Source: Lama glama (lineage: Eukaryota). From it: a stretch of 64,000 nt of DNA. The position numbers were made by a program, and so were the translations under genes. Positions 26,901 to 42,715 of the stretch are shown here, piece by piece. Under the pieces are notes generated by a model. The model was not told the DNA's origin. It ran no database searches and saw only the letters and a list, made by a program, of their open reading frames with translations. The stretch covers positions 48,486,001 to 48,550,000 of the forward strand of contig CM052816.1 of NCBI GenBank assembly GCA_028534125.1. The letters run 5' to 3'. The number at the start of each line of letters is the position of its first letter. Position 1 is the first letter of the stretch.

Positions 26901-29900
26901 TATCTTATTTGAACTACATTATGTATCGCTACCAGTATATACTTTTCTTAAAACTGTAGTGGCATAGACAACACAGAGTATCTTGCCACATATAAAACTT
27001 TGTTTGAAAGTTTCAAAAGATGGCTGGTAACTCAAGTTTCTTTTGCCTCACTGCTATATGGGTAATGGCTCTAAAATGAGAACAATTTATTTGGACATTT
27101 CTAGTGACTAAATTGATAATTGGATATCCATTCATTTGCAGATATTATAGGTAGAGTAATATATTTAACCAGCATTTTTTTAAAAGTAAAGCTGTACATT
27201 CTAACCTAAAAATGTATTCAATTTTTCTTGTCAAATTAGAAAAGCAAGGACCTTGATACTTTTTATGATGTTATTTTATAAGTTAAAGTAGTATTTACAT
27301 ATAGAAAGACATATAGACATATGTCCACACGCATACACAGAAATGTGAGGGCCTGTACTTATCATTTGGGAAAGGAAGGAATACTTAACTTGGTTTACAT
27401 TTGAAGGGAGCAACTAGAGAGTTACACGATTTTATAATTCATTTTATGTCTTTCTCTACTCTTTCAGTTTTCTTACTCTGCACACAAATACAAATACTAT
27501 TATTTTTGGAAACTAGTAGAGTTTATCCACAGCACAGAGAAAAACCATTTTTATTGGCCTTCGTAATATAAAAATCTGCTTTCAAATATGTATCTACATA
27601 TATATAAAACATTTATTTTAGCAGAAATCTTAGAATATTCAGTTCTTTGACTTTATCTTTAGTAAAAATAAATCTAACAAAGATTTCTAAACAAAGATAT
27701 TTCTAAAACAAAGACATTGATTAAATCAGAATATATATAAAAATAAATGTTCAAATATACATTTATGTAAAATTGATTTTATGAATGCTTAAAGGAACCC
27801 TTTAATTTAATGTTGGTACTTAAAAAAAAGCCTATATTCCTATTCTGTTTGGATAAATGACTCTCCTTTTACCTCCCACAGCTAGAGAAAAATTTATCTT
27901 AGGGAAATATCAGTATTTCAGAAAACATTATTAAAAATTTAAACTGAAGCTTATACATGTATTTGACACAGTAAAAAGTTCTCCAATAAGTTTTTACATT
28001 ATTTATATATGCCTTCTATGTACAATCAATGTAGATTAGAAATTAATTAATAATTTTACCATTTACTAGGTTGTTTCTAGGCCACTCTTAAAATAATTTT
28101 AAATACAAGCTAGTTAAAATTATTGAATTAAATCTAACTCCATATTCTCCTCCAGTAATTTTGTCTCTGTTTTTTCCATTAAGTGATTATTAGTATGTGC
28201 TCAGCTTGAATGTATGTTTTATAGTGTACTGAAATAGGACCCAGCATGTGGAGTCATGAAAGTGAATACTGATTTCAGATCTTCTGTTTACTTATTTATT
28301 TCCTCTGGCAATTAGGTCAGTTCTTCAAGATTAAGATCCTTTTAAGAATGGAGTGTAGAACTACTTTTTTCTCAAATATTCTATGATTCCAAATGAAATT
28401 AAACAAAAATTTTAAATTCCGTTTGAAAAAATTGTTAATCAAATATACTTGGACATATTTGGATGAGGTGTTCTGTATGTAATTCTACAAAGTAGTCTGA
28501 AATGTGACTTTTTAGCAACTTTACTGAGCAGTATATTTTATATAATCTTGAAGATTGATGTGAATTGGTTGAATATAATTTAAACAAAATTTTCCCCAAA
28601 GTCAAAGGGAATGTATAAATGAGAAAGAAAAGAAATAATTCACACATAGAAAGAACAAGAGGATTAAACTATGTAAAAAGTGTAGAAGGCCCTTGTAGAG
28701 AAATGAAGCATCACTCTCAGCACTATAATTTTATAGCTAAATTATTTAAATTTTGATATTAACAACCACTGTAGAAAAATCTGTCATAAGTTTCATGAAC
28801 CAATCTTCTCATTAGTTGTTTATAAAAGTTGAATATGTGTTAATATCGCTTATAAAAATTATTAGTAAGATGCTGTGGAATTTATTTTTAAATTGCTATT
28901 TGAGGAAATAGTGATTAACTTTATCAGGAATAATGCTGCTTTATCATCTCATTCTCATTCATGGAATTTCCAGTGCTATTTGTGGAAACTGCTATTTCTA
29001 AATAGCCTCTATTTAGTACTTACCATATGTCATTTTGTTAAGATAATTATTAACTTAGATATCATATGCCAATGAACTTTAAACAATCTGATGCCTGACT
29101 CTTAAACAATCTTCTTAAATAATCAGGAATATTAAAAATCACATTTGGGTATAACTGGAAAGGGTCTATGATCTTCTAATCTAAAATATAGTGAATATTT
29201 TATTTGTTATATCCAATTTAGTATATATTCATACATATATATGTACTCACAGATATGTATATATATGCTATTATAAACTTATAAAATAAAAATAGAAATA
29301 ACAATGTAACAGTAGTAATATATGTGTTACAAAAATACATACCAATAAATGATTCTGAGATTTACCCTGAGAAGGAAGGAATTGAAGGTGGAGAGAGAGG
29401 AGGGTGGAGAGAAAGAAAGAGACAGAAAACTGTTCTTGTCTCTTTGGATAAAAGAAGAACAGTGTAATTCCTTAAAGCTTTAGGGAATGTTTGATTCTTT
29501 GAAGATCATGGGACTAACATTAGAACTCTTAACTTATTTTGGAAAACACAGATGTGTTCTTATACAGGTTTATTTATGCATATTGATATAAAACAATTGT
29601 TCTAAGAATTTTTCTGTCATTAAATTCTGAGCCACATTTTTCTCTTATGTGAAATAACAATGACACCAACCACACCACAAGGTAGATAAGAAGAAATGGT
29701 GAGGCAGAAAGCTGTTCAAATCAAAGGCTTTTAGATTATGATAAAATTTTCCTTTAAAAATATTATCTAGCACATAAAAATTAAAGCTGTATGTAAAATT
29801 ATTAAGTATATGTATTTTCTTACTCTTCTCTGTTTCTCATAGAGCATAGACACCTGATTTTCCAAGAAAATTGAGACAGAACAGCAAAAATCAGATCTCT

Positions 29901-32900
29901 ATGCTTTTAAATATAAAGGTATTTTATGACAAAATTAACCACTGTAATATTCTTAGAACTTTCCAACTAAGTAACGTTACTGATTAAAAGACATATGATG
30001 GTTATGAATCCATCTTATTCTGAAAAGTATAATTATTTATATTGCCAGATGGTTAGGCAGCATATTTATTTGGCTTCAGGCTGGCCAGAAAAATAATAAA
30101 TCAAGTTTATTGGATATTTTGAATTTCGTTTTAATATTGATTACTAATGAAAAGTTATATTATCTCAAATTTTTGACTGCAAACAATGTCAAGTCAATGA
30201 ATTATGATTCTCCTCCAACTGGGTATATTCATTTATTGGATAATGACATAAAAAAATAATTCTAAGTTTTCTTCCAAGTTCAATGATTATAACTTGAGAT
30301 AGTTTTATATTTAAAGAGATTTGTAGTTAACCCCATTGAACAACTGTCATCTCTTTTATTCCTTAAAAAGCCACTAAATATCTACTTCAATATCATGGTC
30401 ACAGTGTTATTTGAATAAGAAATGATAGAAATACTTCCTAAAATATTAGACTAACTGCCACACACACACATACATACACATAATTAGCATTTAGTGGACA
30501 AATTTCCAAGATGATGAATTTCTTACAATGTATAGGAAAGTGGCAGAATGAAGAATTGTCCTGTTCAAATTGCTAATAATAGCCTCTTGAAAAATGTTGC
30601 TCTATGTAATAACAACCACTACCACCATCACCACTACCACTAGGAAAACAATAATAAAACACTTAAAAATAATCTTACGATTAAAAACTATGAATCAATA
30701 AAAATCCTCCTGAAAGTTTAACCATAAAATCTAATTCATTATTTAGACAAATGAAAGAGCATAGTAAGTCTGTGAGACAGATAATTTAATTTTGAAATAG
30801 TATCAACTCTTCCTGATTCAAATATATATAAATGCAATCCACTATCATTGGAAATGGAATCATTATGAAAATTGAAAATAATTTTCTAAATATATCTGAT
30901 AAAATTATTACATATTATATTTAAAGTAATATAATATTGAATAATGAAAGCAAACTACCAATTTTTAAATGTTAAGTTATGACTTTAAAAACAACACTAG
31001 TAAACAGCATAAATAAATGCCACATTTCTTACACCAGAAGTTATACTAGGTGGTCCCAAACAAGTTATACTGTTATTATAACAATTCCTTTAACATTGTA
31101 ATAGTCTCTTTGTTCTCCTTATCATTTCTTAGGCCCTGATAAAAGGTCTTATTTATCTTTATGATTAAAAATATGAGTGTTAAAAAATAATTTGTGGGTA
31201 GACAAGAAAATATGATTTCCTAAATTTTTCCCTCAGCTAGGGTGAAGCTACCTGGCTTATCAAAGATGGCTCCTAAGTGATTTACATTGCAACCTCCATG
31301 ACATATTTAAGCTAGTGCTTGTTTATATTAAGACAATAAGACCCTCTACATTTCTAGAGCTGATTTCTTTTCCCCAGTCAGGGCCCAGATCTATGGCAAG
31401 GTTTGGGGGAGTTTTTGTAATGTCCTTCTCTCCTTTCCATTCCTTTTTCTCTCTCCTTAACCATCCAACCAACCAACAAATAACTAACCAATACTCTTCT
31501 CTCCAAAAAAAACCCATAACTAACTTCCTTAAACCCCCATACATTCTTCAGAATGACTGAAATTCCATCATCTATTTTCTTCATCTTTTTGTTTCAATGG
31601 AAGCCCTTCTCTTTATTTCTTGGTTAATCAAATGTCCTCACATACTCTATCTCAGTCAAAATCTACTCTCAAGAAAGGAGCACACTAAACTAAAATTGAA
31701 ATGACTACCAGTAACTTAAAAAAAGGTATATTTCCCAGGAAAAGATTTGCCTTTTAGCAAAGTTCTGTGAAGATAAATGCCCAGTGCCCATCCAGTTCCT
31801 AGGACTTAATAGACCCTCTAACTTTTTGTTGAATTGAAGACTTACAAATCAAGCTGTTTCCATTAAAGCACTACTTTCAAAGTGATAACTGTTTCTATTG
31901 ATAATAGTTCATGTAGGAGGGTTCTAGAGTCTTGGATGACTAGGTAAGGATTTAAAAAAATCTTTGAAGTGTTGTTAATTTACTCTTTGCAAACAAAATA
32001 ACTCTTATAATGTAATTTTAATGAATGGTCTGTCTCACCAACTAGTTAATAAACTGGAATTCAAACAATAAACAAATAATAATTTTGAAATAATTTGAAA
32101 AATTATAATATAGATTTGTAGAATACTTCATCAGTGTTAGAGGAGGCTTTAAGTGTTTTCACACTTGTTAAATAAACCTAAACCCGAGTTTTCCAACCTG
32201 GCCTTACTGATATTTTGATTAAAGTGGTATTTAGAGGGGAAATATTTTTATAAATTATGTGAAGAAAATGCATAACTCTATAGGGAGAAAAAATTATTGT
32301 ATTCTTACTTCAAAATAAAATATATTCTATATGAGTTAATAAAATCTAAAAATAAAAATGAATAAATATTTATCTAGTTGATTGTTGCTCTATTGAGAAA
32401 ATAAAATTCTTAAATTAGAGCATATATTTCAGATCAAAATATTTCCCAAATATAAAAGTTAATCTTCAACATAGGAGAAAAATCTTTAAGAAATAAAAAT
32501 AAATAAAAAAACAAATGGAAGATTTTCACAGTAAATATCACAGAAAAATCACAATGCACATATATATGAAAAATATGAAGATCACAATATAAAAGTTGAG
32601 AAAGTACTAAAAACAGAAAATGTACAAAATAATAACACAAACCCAATTTTTAAAGCCTGTGGAAAATTTTCAACTTTACTAATCATGAAGACTCATTATA
32701 AAAACAATAGTCTTTCTCATGCTTGTGAAAATGACATCAATTATATATACATATATAATTTTATCGTTTTTTTCTCATTATAATACCTTGTTAGATATAG
32801 TGTAATTTGTGCAGTTTGATGAAAGCAATATGGATAAAGTATCTTAAATGTTTATGTTTCTGGCACTCAATAATTCTAACCCTGGAGTGAAAATTGAAAA

Positions 32901-33307
32901 AAAAAATATATATTTTTATACACAAAATTATTTATATTAGAATAATTGAAAACAATATGGATACTCAGAGCTAGAGAAACTAGCTAGATTAATGGAATAA
33001 TTATATGAATGAAATGGTACTGATGATGCAGTGATATATTATTTTGCTAAGTAAGAAAAGAAAATGAAAGGGAAAATAAAAAATATACACTAATAGTTAT
33101 CAAAGTTTCCTTATCTTTACATGATCAAGGAAGACTTAGTTCTTTTTATTTTTTTATTCATGAAATTTAAAAAAATGATTATATGTATGCCCATGCTCAC
33201 TCTTTACTTACTTTGCCCAAGGGGAAATGAATGACTTACAAACTTGTACTTAAACAAACCAAAAGAGAACAAACAAAAGCATTTATATATGTATACACAT
33301 ATGCATA

Positions 33308-33315
<8 letters not shown>

Positions 33316-33338
<23 letters not shown>
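33316..33338. repeat. (TA)n microsatellite
   Basis: Direct reading. Confidence 0.9.
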
Positions 33339-34979
33339 ATGTAGATATACAGTTATAAATTTTGTAGGGTTCTGCTTCAATCTACTGATTCAGAAACTGC
33401 AAATAAAATTAAATGTTTAACATATTTGACCTAAAAATGAAAAGATAACAATTTGATGTGAACCTTAGAAGTATGACTGATCATATTTTATGAAATATTT
33501 ATTAAACATGATTGAAAGCATGTTCTACAGTAGACTATTACATTACTTCAAAGGCAATCTTTTAAAAATAAACATGATTTTATCTTTGTCATAAATCTCA
33601 ATGGCTCCCTCTTCCATTTAAAATACATTTGAAGCTCTTTAAAATAAAATAAAGCTCCTTATGAGATTGTTTCTATTTATTTCTTCAGTTCTTACTGAAC
33701 TTTATATATTGTAGTCATATTTTTCCTCCTGTTCCAAATCAGGAAAATTTTAGAGATGATTTTTATAATTGTATTGCTTAGGAGGAAATAGCTCTTAATG
33801 ACTTACTTTCATAATGATGATCTCAAACACACTGAATAACTATGATTTATATGATGGGGTGCAACACAATCTCAAATAACACTTAAGTGCTATTACAAGT
33901 ATTTTCATATACCATAAACTCAAGAGTCACCATCACGATAGCTTTTGTTATAGAACTATCACCAATCCACAGGCAAAACACCACTTTGCTAGAGGGAGAT
34001 AATAGTCACAAAATGACCCATTTCACCTACTAAATGGCTTCCTCATTATTGTTTCAGCCACTGCTATTCTGTTCATCAAATGCATATCTAGATTCTTCAG
34101 CTTTTGAAGCATCTAATTCTTCACTGTGATCTTCACTTCATTTATTAGTTCTAGACAGCACATATTGAAACTCTCAAGATTTTTGATTATCTTATCAAAA
34201 GTTCATAATAAATAATTCTCTTCTCAACCACATTTTGATACCCAGACTATTTTCATTAGCTTAAAAAGCCAGTACTGAGTAGCTAGTAAATAATACATCA
34301 TTTTTCTAGAACACCTCATTTTATATAAACAAAAACTTCTACTCCCTCTACTGCTCCATGAAGAACATCCTCTAAACCCAAGAGTCTCAGAAAGATCCAC
34401 AGGAATTTCTGTTGAGAAAATTTACTATGTAGTATTAATCATCATAATAGCAACACTGACTTTTAAATTGATGATTGATATGCAAGTAAAGGCTAGGTAC
34501 TTTCTGAGGTGGGCAGTCTTATACCTATTTCTTGCATGAATAAGAAGGCTTAAGTTATATGTCAATCAAGAGAGTCCATAAGTAGTAGACCAATAATTTG
34601 AATATTGCTTTGTTTAACCGTGCTATGTTGCAGCATATATCTCTTCAGGTACCTCTTCAGGAAAGTGAAATGTATCACCTAAGATGTGCTGAAATCAATG
34701 GATGTAAACCATTGTACTGATTTTCAAATTTTTCTCTACATAGATTTTGATATGTCTTATTATTCTCTCAACTAACCTTTCCTTTCCCATGAGTCTTTTT
34801 GCCACACTCTGCTCTCCCTAACTAGGATTTTAATATCATGCTTTATGAAGTTCAGTAGACACTGTTCCTTGCCTATACTGACCTGTAAATTTTCTCTAAG
34901 ATTCATAACTAAAATGTTTGTAGTACTATTGCAAATCATGTATGACTACTAAATTTGAGGGTCTTTAAATGCATCTCAC

Positions 34980-35615
34980 TGTTACCGAACCAAACTAAAG
35001 TCTGCTTGCCCATGCACAGTAAAGCCAATCTACTGATACCAGGTTATGGTGAAGGAAAGTGCAGAATTTATTGCAGGGCATCAAGCAAGGCATCCAGAGC
35101 ATCTAGTGTTTAAAAGGCCCAAACTCTCTGAAGGCTTTCAGAGAAACGTTTTTAAAGACAGGGTGAGGGACGTGGGGTGTGGGGTATGTGATCAACTCAC
35201 AGACATTCTTCTGATTGGTTTGTGGTGAGGTAATTAGGAATCAGAATAATCAACCTTCTGATTCCATAGGTCTGGGCAGTATGTACTTGTGGGAAGCATA
35301 TAATTAACTTCTTCTACCTGGAAGAGGTTTTAGTATCTGAAAAACAGCTCGAAGGAGATGGCTCAGAATATTATCTATAGCCTCTGAGGAGGAACTAAAT
35401 GTCCTTGACTTTGCTTAATGGCTAAACTATTGTTAGTTGTTTTACTTGACTGTTTTCCTTTCTTCCCACATTTTCTTACTTCTCTGATTAAATGTACCCT
35501 TTGGAACTTGGGGAAGCCTAGGAGACTAAAGTTTTTCTATAGACAACAGGCAGGCAGAGGACATAGGGGAGGGGGTCTGTTCCTCAAACACTCCATAGTG
35601 TCCTGCTCTGTTACA
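34980..35615 (-). mobile_element. ERV1 solo LTR (cetartiodactyl LTR39-like)
   Basis: tgttaccgaacc...tcctgctctgttaca (TG..CA termini); antisense AATAAA 'tttattgc' at ~35067; little decay; TSD not clear. Confidence 0.75.
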
Positions 35616-35974
35616 ATACCAGCTACAGAATTTGAAGCTAGTGTTCCAGACTATGAGATTAATTGGAAAATAAATGCCTTTCACTGTTTAATGCTGTTAA
35701 AATCATGATGTATTTAAGAGTTTCATAATATAAACAATGTCTTTAAAATATATAATATGAGAAAAAAGTGAAAACTAAATCTATGAAAAAATTTAAATGA
35801 CATTGTTATCAGTGTAACCAATCTAATGCTATCGAAATTGTTAGTGATTTTCATTTTAATTAATTTAAAATATTTAATTTTACTTGGGTCTTTTTTAGCA
35901 CCAAAATAATTTAGAAATGATAATTTTTAGTTAATCAGAAGTATATTACTGATGTATTCATCATGCTGTTCTGC

Positions 35975-36400
35975 CTAACAGTTTCAGGTCCAATCCTTGT
36001 TGTTACAAATACAGAAAATTCGATCCAATGGCTTAATAAAAAGTACAGTCTATTGCCTCACATAAAAAACATCAAGCAGTAATCATGATTTCAGACAAGG
36101 TGTGATGCAGGGCCCAATCAATGTCATTAGGTGCATTTCTTGGCTTCCCTTCCATTAGGGTGCTTATACTCTTATGTTCTGCATGGTGGTCCCAAAAACT
36201 TCCAGCTAACCAATGAGAGAAACAATAATCACAGGATTTAGATTTATTTTCCCTTATTGATCTGTCTTAAGTCATTTGCTCATCCTGTTACAGTGATAGA
36301 GTAGGTTAACTGACCTAGAACACTTGCTACATCCCTGGAGCCTTGGATGGAGTCAAGTTCCTAGAAAATTCATGGGATATGGGTATGGTAGGCATAAGAA
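35975..36400 (-). mobile_element. Old MLT1 (J/K-like) LTR
   Basis: 'ttgttacaaatacagaaaa..tggcttaataaaaag..tattgcctcacataa..ttcagacaaggtgtgatgcagggcccaa..atgtcattagg'. Confidence 0.5.
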
Positions 36401-37497
36401 GACGAAACAGATTTTGCAATACAAAAATAAACTAAATAAAATGAAAACAATACAAACCTATGGAACAACAACAACAAAAACCTTTAAATGTCTACTATAT
36501 AGGTCTTACCAAGAACTCTAAGAACTATATTCTAACTTTTCTCCTTCTCTTTTTTTTTTGGAGAGATCGTGCTTAGATTTTTTGTATTTATCTATATGAC
36601 TTGTAATATTTTACCACAATTCTCTGCAGTGTTTTTCTATTTTCTTAGTCTAAAATTTTGATCATCAACATGAATGAAAATATCAAAAGATTAAATCATT
36701 TGTGTTCCTCAAATGATTTAGGATTGTTTCTATTTATTTTTAATATTACTTACCACACAAAGAATCATCATACTAGAAATGCCAAACAAGAACTTATAAA
36801 TAAAATGAAATTTTTTACAAAATTAAGATATATGCAAGAAAACTAATCAGCTCCTCTTTTAAAGGTAAAATAAGAAATAAAGGAATTTTGATTGAGATAG
36901 TATTTCTTCTTACAAATCCTGGTCTTGGTTCTTGGGCAGCAAGAAAAAGTTGCATACTCAGGGATGAGATATTCTTCCCAAAATTAGCCTCTGGAATCAA
37001 CATTGGTGGGAAGAACCTGCTTATCACTGTGTGAATTTAGTGCAGCAATTTTATTCTTGTCCATAATCACAAGATTAAGTAGCATTAGCTTCACTCTCAA
37101 TAGCTTTGAATGAAAGCAAAACTAAGTATGTGCACTGTTAGCTCTTTATTTGTCCTCATACATATTATATTGTGATTCCAGTGTCCAGATATCTTTGTTT
37201 TAGCTTCTTTTATTTTTGCTCATAGATGTTTTGCAAGGAGTTCTATTTTTTTTGTACTACTAATTTCACTTCCCTCTGCTTTCCGTTTATAATCCCTGGA
37301 ACAATTCATCTAACATTTCCCAAATCAGTTTAAAAAACTGAATACATACCTTTGCTTTTTAAAAAAGTATTCTTTTAATAGTATAAAAATACTTGATCAT
37401 TCTCTATTTTCTCATTTTTTATTATTTGACTAAAGTCAGTGAATGGGTCTTAGAATCTTAAAGAGTTGTTTGCTTGTCATTTAATGTCATCCATGTA

Positions 37498-37528
<31 letters not shown>

Positions 37529-37857
37529 TATTCCCTTAAAGCAATTATTTTTCAACATAAAGCAAAAAGTTATGATATGTCACTTTTACATGAAAGGAAA
37601 ATTCAGTGTGGTGCCAACCCTTACCTTTAGGTTATGCCAAATGATTCACAAACACAATGATTATAAATTGACATTATTAAGAACACTGAATTGAAACTTG
37701 AAACAGTATCAAAAAGGAAGGGATGAATTTGAATCAAATTACTAATACTTAATAAGGATGGAAGAAATAATAGTATAAAGCCTCTGAAATGGAAGTAATT
37801 ACTTCATAATTGCTAATTTCAATTATAAATGGTATGTTAGAGAAAATATATATGATA

Positions 37858-37936
37858 CATATATTCACATATATTCATATATATTCATATATTCACATAT
37901 ATTCACATATATTCATATATATATATATATATATAT
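37858..37936. repeat. Compound tandem repeat (ATATTCA[C/T]AT)n grading into (AT)n
   Basis: Direct reading: about 6 units of 8-10 bp, then pure AT. Confidence 0.9.
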
Positions 37937-39459
37937 TTCATTTTGAATGATACTACACCCCTGGAATCCTTCCTGGCTTTCAAAGCTCAACTCATTCATT
38001 ATTTCAACATTTGAATCCTGCATTTGTCCACCAAACCACATCTCAATTTAATGGTTTAGTCAAACCTAGAAGCTATGGAAATAATTAGTACTGGGAGATG
38101 GGAAAATACAGTAATATATTTTCAGGGCAAAAAATTCAGGCAGCCTGTTTCAATGAACTACAATTAATAAGAAATATGTGTGATAGATACTTAATCAAAG
38201 CTGGATGGGGATGAGTGAGACTGAGGAATCAAAGTAGATGCTTGAAAGCTAAGTGTGAAATCAATAGGTCAAAGGACAATCAGAAAACAGGATATAAGTC
38301 ATAACTTAAAATGCGTACAAGAATCACTAGACCAAGAAGTAATTTACGGTTACGTTATATCATGCAATTTTTGTGCCATACTTTTTCTAAATAACTGTTG
38401 AATATGAGTTACATGAGTATACATAATTGCCTTGAATTCCCACTTAACTTGTAAAATATTCAAGACAGAAAGAACGAGTTGCATTCCTTTGGGATAATCT
38501 TAACATCTGTAATACTGCTGTGCCTACAGTTCTGTGTCCTAAGAAAATATTTTTGATTCATTAATTCATATGAGCACATCTGTCACATGTAATGATTATT
38601 TTTTTACCTGTTTTCTCTGATAATAAAGACAATGTTGAGAATTACTAAACTATGAAAATCTTGAGACAGAGTAAATTTCTTTATTTTGTGTTAGGACAAA
38701 ATAAATTACTTTTTAAAAATTATTTTTTGTCTGACTGTAAAATCGATATGCTCAACATTAACAATTAAGAAAAAAACACAAACAATCCCATCATCCATAG
38801 AAATAAACTTTAAGATTTTCATGCCTTTTTTTTTGGTTATGTTTGTATTCATGGATAGAGAAATAGATAAATTAATAGATAATAGATGATAAATAGAGAG
38901 ATAGAAAGAATTATAAAATTTGAGACCAAATAGTTGCAGTCTGTTTATATAGTCCTGAGTAATATCCAGATTACAGCTAACTATTCTTAAGAGGTTACTG
39001 AGAGAAATCTATATGCCTGGAAAAACAGAAACACAAATAAATGTTTTATTATTTGGTGGACGCTGAGCCTCGTAGAGAATTGTAACCTATGTGTATGGCC
39101 TTTATCCCTTGATAAACCCCTATCCATATTGTGCTCTTATCACATTCTTATTCGCTACATTTTATACTCCTTTACTGTTGTCAGTATTTTTGTTTGTGCA
39201 AAAAGTGTTCCATTGTGTATCTCTACCATAAATGAATATTAAAAAAAAAACTCTGTTGACAGGTACTTATGTTAATTCCCACTTTACACTATTATAATCC
39301 CTTGATAAATATTCCTGTACATACATATCTTAATAACATGACTTTCTCAACATGGCATAAATCTCTAAAAGATAAACTATGAGGATACATACTGTCCTTT
39401 TTAAAATTTTTGTTCATATTGCAAAACTCTTCAAAATTCAGATCACCGTATGCTTGTAT

Positions 39460-42099
39460 CAAATTCTGCCAGTCACTCAAATGAAATTTAATACCAGTTT
39501 TTTTCAAACTCTTCCAAAAAATTGAAGAGGAAGGAATGCTTCCAAACTTGTTTTATGATTCAGCATTTCCCTGATATCAAAAGCAGACAAAAACATTACA
39601 AAAAAGGAAAATTACAGGCCATAATATCCCTGATGAACACAGATGCAAAAATCCTCAACAAAATATTATGCAACCAAATACAACAATACATTAAGGTGGT
39701 TATACATTGCAACCAGCTGGGGTTTATTCCAGGGATGAATGGATAGTTCAACATTTGCAGTTCAATCAACATGATATGCCACATTAACAAAACGGAGGGT
39801 AAAAATCATATGATCATCTCTATAAATGCAGAAAAAACATTTGACAATATTCAACATCCATTTAAAATAAAAATTCTCATGATGTATGTATGAAGGAAAC
39901 ATACCTCAACATAATAAAAGCCAGATATGGTGTTCCACAACTAACATTATATTCATGATGAAAAGCTGAAAACTTTATTTCTAAAGATAAGGAACAAGAA
40001 AAGGATACTCACTCTTATCATTTTTATTAAACATAGTATTGCAAGCCCTAGCCACAGCAACCAGGCAAGAAAAATAAATAAAAGACATTCTAATAAGAAA
40101 TGAAAACTGCCACTATTTTCATATGTCATGATTCTATATAAAGGAAACCCTAAAGACTCCACCAAACTCTTAAAAAAAGCAAATGAATTGTGCAAATTTG
40201 AAGGACACAAAATTACACAAACTGGTTGCATTTCTATACACTAATAACAAACCATCACAAAGAGAGATTAAGAAAACAATCCTACTTACAACTACATCAA
40301 ATAGAATTAAATACCTGGGAATAAATTTAACTAAGGAGGTGAAAAACCTATACACTGAAAACTATAAGAAACCAATAAATGAAAATGGAGAAGACACAAA
40401 TAAATGGAAAGATATTGTATTCATGAGTTGGAAGAATTAATATTGTTAAAATGTTTATCCTATCCAAAGCAATTTACAAATTCAATGTAATTCATATCAA
40501 AATGCCAATGGCATGTTCACAGAACTAGAACAAATAATTCTAAAATTTGCATGGAATCACAAAAGATCCTGAAAGCCAAAGCAATCTTGAGAAAGAAGAA
40601 CAAAGCTGGAAATATCATGCTCCCTAATTTCAAACTATGCTACAAATCTATAGTAATCAAAACAGTGTGGTACTGAACCAAAAACAGACACATAGATCAA
40701 TGGAACAGAATAGAAACCCCATAAATAAACTCATGTATAAATGGCTAATTAATTTATGGCAAAGGAGGCAAGAATATACAACGGGGAAAGAACAGTGTCT
40801 TCAATAAAATGTGTTGGGAAAACTTGACTGCCAAATGCAAAAGAATAAAATGGGACCACTATTTTACACCATATACAAAAATTAACTTAAAGTCAATAAA
40901 GTTCTTTTCAATGAACAAGAAACCATAAAACTCCTACAAGAAGGCATAGGTGGTAAGCTCCTTCATATTGCCCTTAGTGATTTTTTTTTTTCTTTTTTTG
41001 GAGCAGGGAATCTACTCCAAAGGCAATGACTATGAAAGCAAAAGTGAACAAATGAGACTACATTAAACAAAAACTTCTACACTGGGAAGAAAACTACCAA
41101 GAAAACAAAAAGGCATCCTACTGAATAGGAGGAGATATTTGCAAATCATATATTCAATAAGGGGCAAATATATAAAATATATTGAGAACTCATACAACTC
41201 TGTTAGAAAAAAAAAAGGCAGAGGATCTGAAGAGACACTTTTACAAAGAAGACATGCAGATAGGCCACCAGGCACGTGAAGATTCTCAACATCACTAGTC
41301 AGTCATCAGGAAAATGCAAATCACTGAGATACCATCTCATACCAGTCAGAACAGCTAATATCAAAAAGATAACAAGTAACAAGTGTTGGTGAGATTTTGG
41401 AAAAAAGGGAACCCTCCTACACTGTTGGTGGGAATGTAAAATAATACAGTCACCATAGAAAATAGTATGGAGGTTCCTAAAAAATAAAAAAAAATAGAAC
41501 TAGCCTATGATCCAGCTATTCAATTTCTAAGTGTTTATTTGAGAGGAAAAAAACACTAATTTGAAAAGATATATGCACTCCTGTATTCATTAGCATTATT
41601 TATAGTAGCCAAGATATGGAAAGTGTCCATCAGTGGATGAATGATAAAAAATGCATGGTGTGTGTGTGTGTGTGTCTATGTGTGTGTGCACGTGCAAACA
41701 CGTGCACACAATGGAATACTACTTAGCCATAAAAAGATGAAATATTGCCATTTATAACAACATGGTTGAACTTTGAAGTACAATGCTAAATGAAATAAGT
41801 CAGTCAGAGAAATACCAATACTGTATGATTTCACTCATAAGTGGAATCTAAAAACAAAGCAAATAAATGAACAAACAGAACAAAACTCATAGATACAGAG
41901 AATAGATTGGTGGCCATCAGAGAGGAATGGGATTGGAAGTTGAGTGAAAATTTTGAAGGGGGTCAGTTGTAAGAAGACAAATATTAACTAGTCTTATTGT
42001 GGTGATAACTTTGTAGTGTTTACAGATATTGAATTTTTATGTTGTATACCAAATATTAATATAACATTATATACCAGTTTTCCCTCAATTAAAAAATAA
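39460..42099 (+). mobile_element. 5'-truncated L1 (ORF2 RT/C-terminal region + 3' UTR), pseudogenised
   Basis: ORFs give [24 protein letters not shown] and VAFLYTNN..IKYLGINLTKEVKNLYTENYK. 3' UTR ends in an A-rich tail. Probable TSD tatgcttgtat (39449-59) / tatgcttatac (42100-10). Confidence 0.92.
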
Positions 42100-42499
42100 T
42101 ATGCTTATACTACTATTTCTGTTAGCACATTTTCCAGCATCCTGGAAAACAACAATATACATCAACTATTTATGACTTTGTGGGGTCACTTTTATTTGGT
42201 CTCATCCTATGACTGTTAAGTTTTACATATTTTGAAAGGTTTATCAGCCATTTTTACATTTTGTCTTCCCATTTTTCTTCTGTTGCTTTATGCTTCATAT
42301 TGATTTGGCAATTTTTAAGAAAAATATTTTTTACTTAGGAAAATTCAATAGAAATGTATAATGTTCTTTTGAACTCTATTTCTTATATTGGAAAGCAGTC
42401 ATTAATTTGGCTCCTTCCTGAATATCCCTTGACTTATATCTTAGTGGTAGTCATAAAAAGTATTCAATATTTAAGGAATAATACTCACCAGTAATTTAT

Positions 42500-42715
42500 G
42501 TAGTCCTCTGTTGAGATTTCCCAAACAAAGCTATCTTTGGTCACTCAAGAACACTTCCAAAAGGAACTCATATTTATGCATATCCTGTGGATAATCCTTC
42601 CTACAATGAAGATTATCCACTTAGAAATCATCATAAGAAAGTTGTCCCTGACTTTAGCTGAAATGACCAGTGATATAATCTCAGCCCTAGAAGGCATTCA
42701 GGCAAACCAATTTTA
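42500..42715 (+). mobile_element. Probable endogenous retrovirus (ERV1-class) env fragment: SU/TM junction, fusion peptide and heptad repeat
   Basis: ORF 42537: FMHILWIILPTMKIIHLEIIIRKLSLTLAEMTSDIISALEGIQ resembles gamma-type Env TM (hydrophobic stretch, then 'RNLSLTLAE..ND..SALEGIQ'). Truncated before the ISD. Confidence 0.55.
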
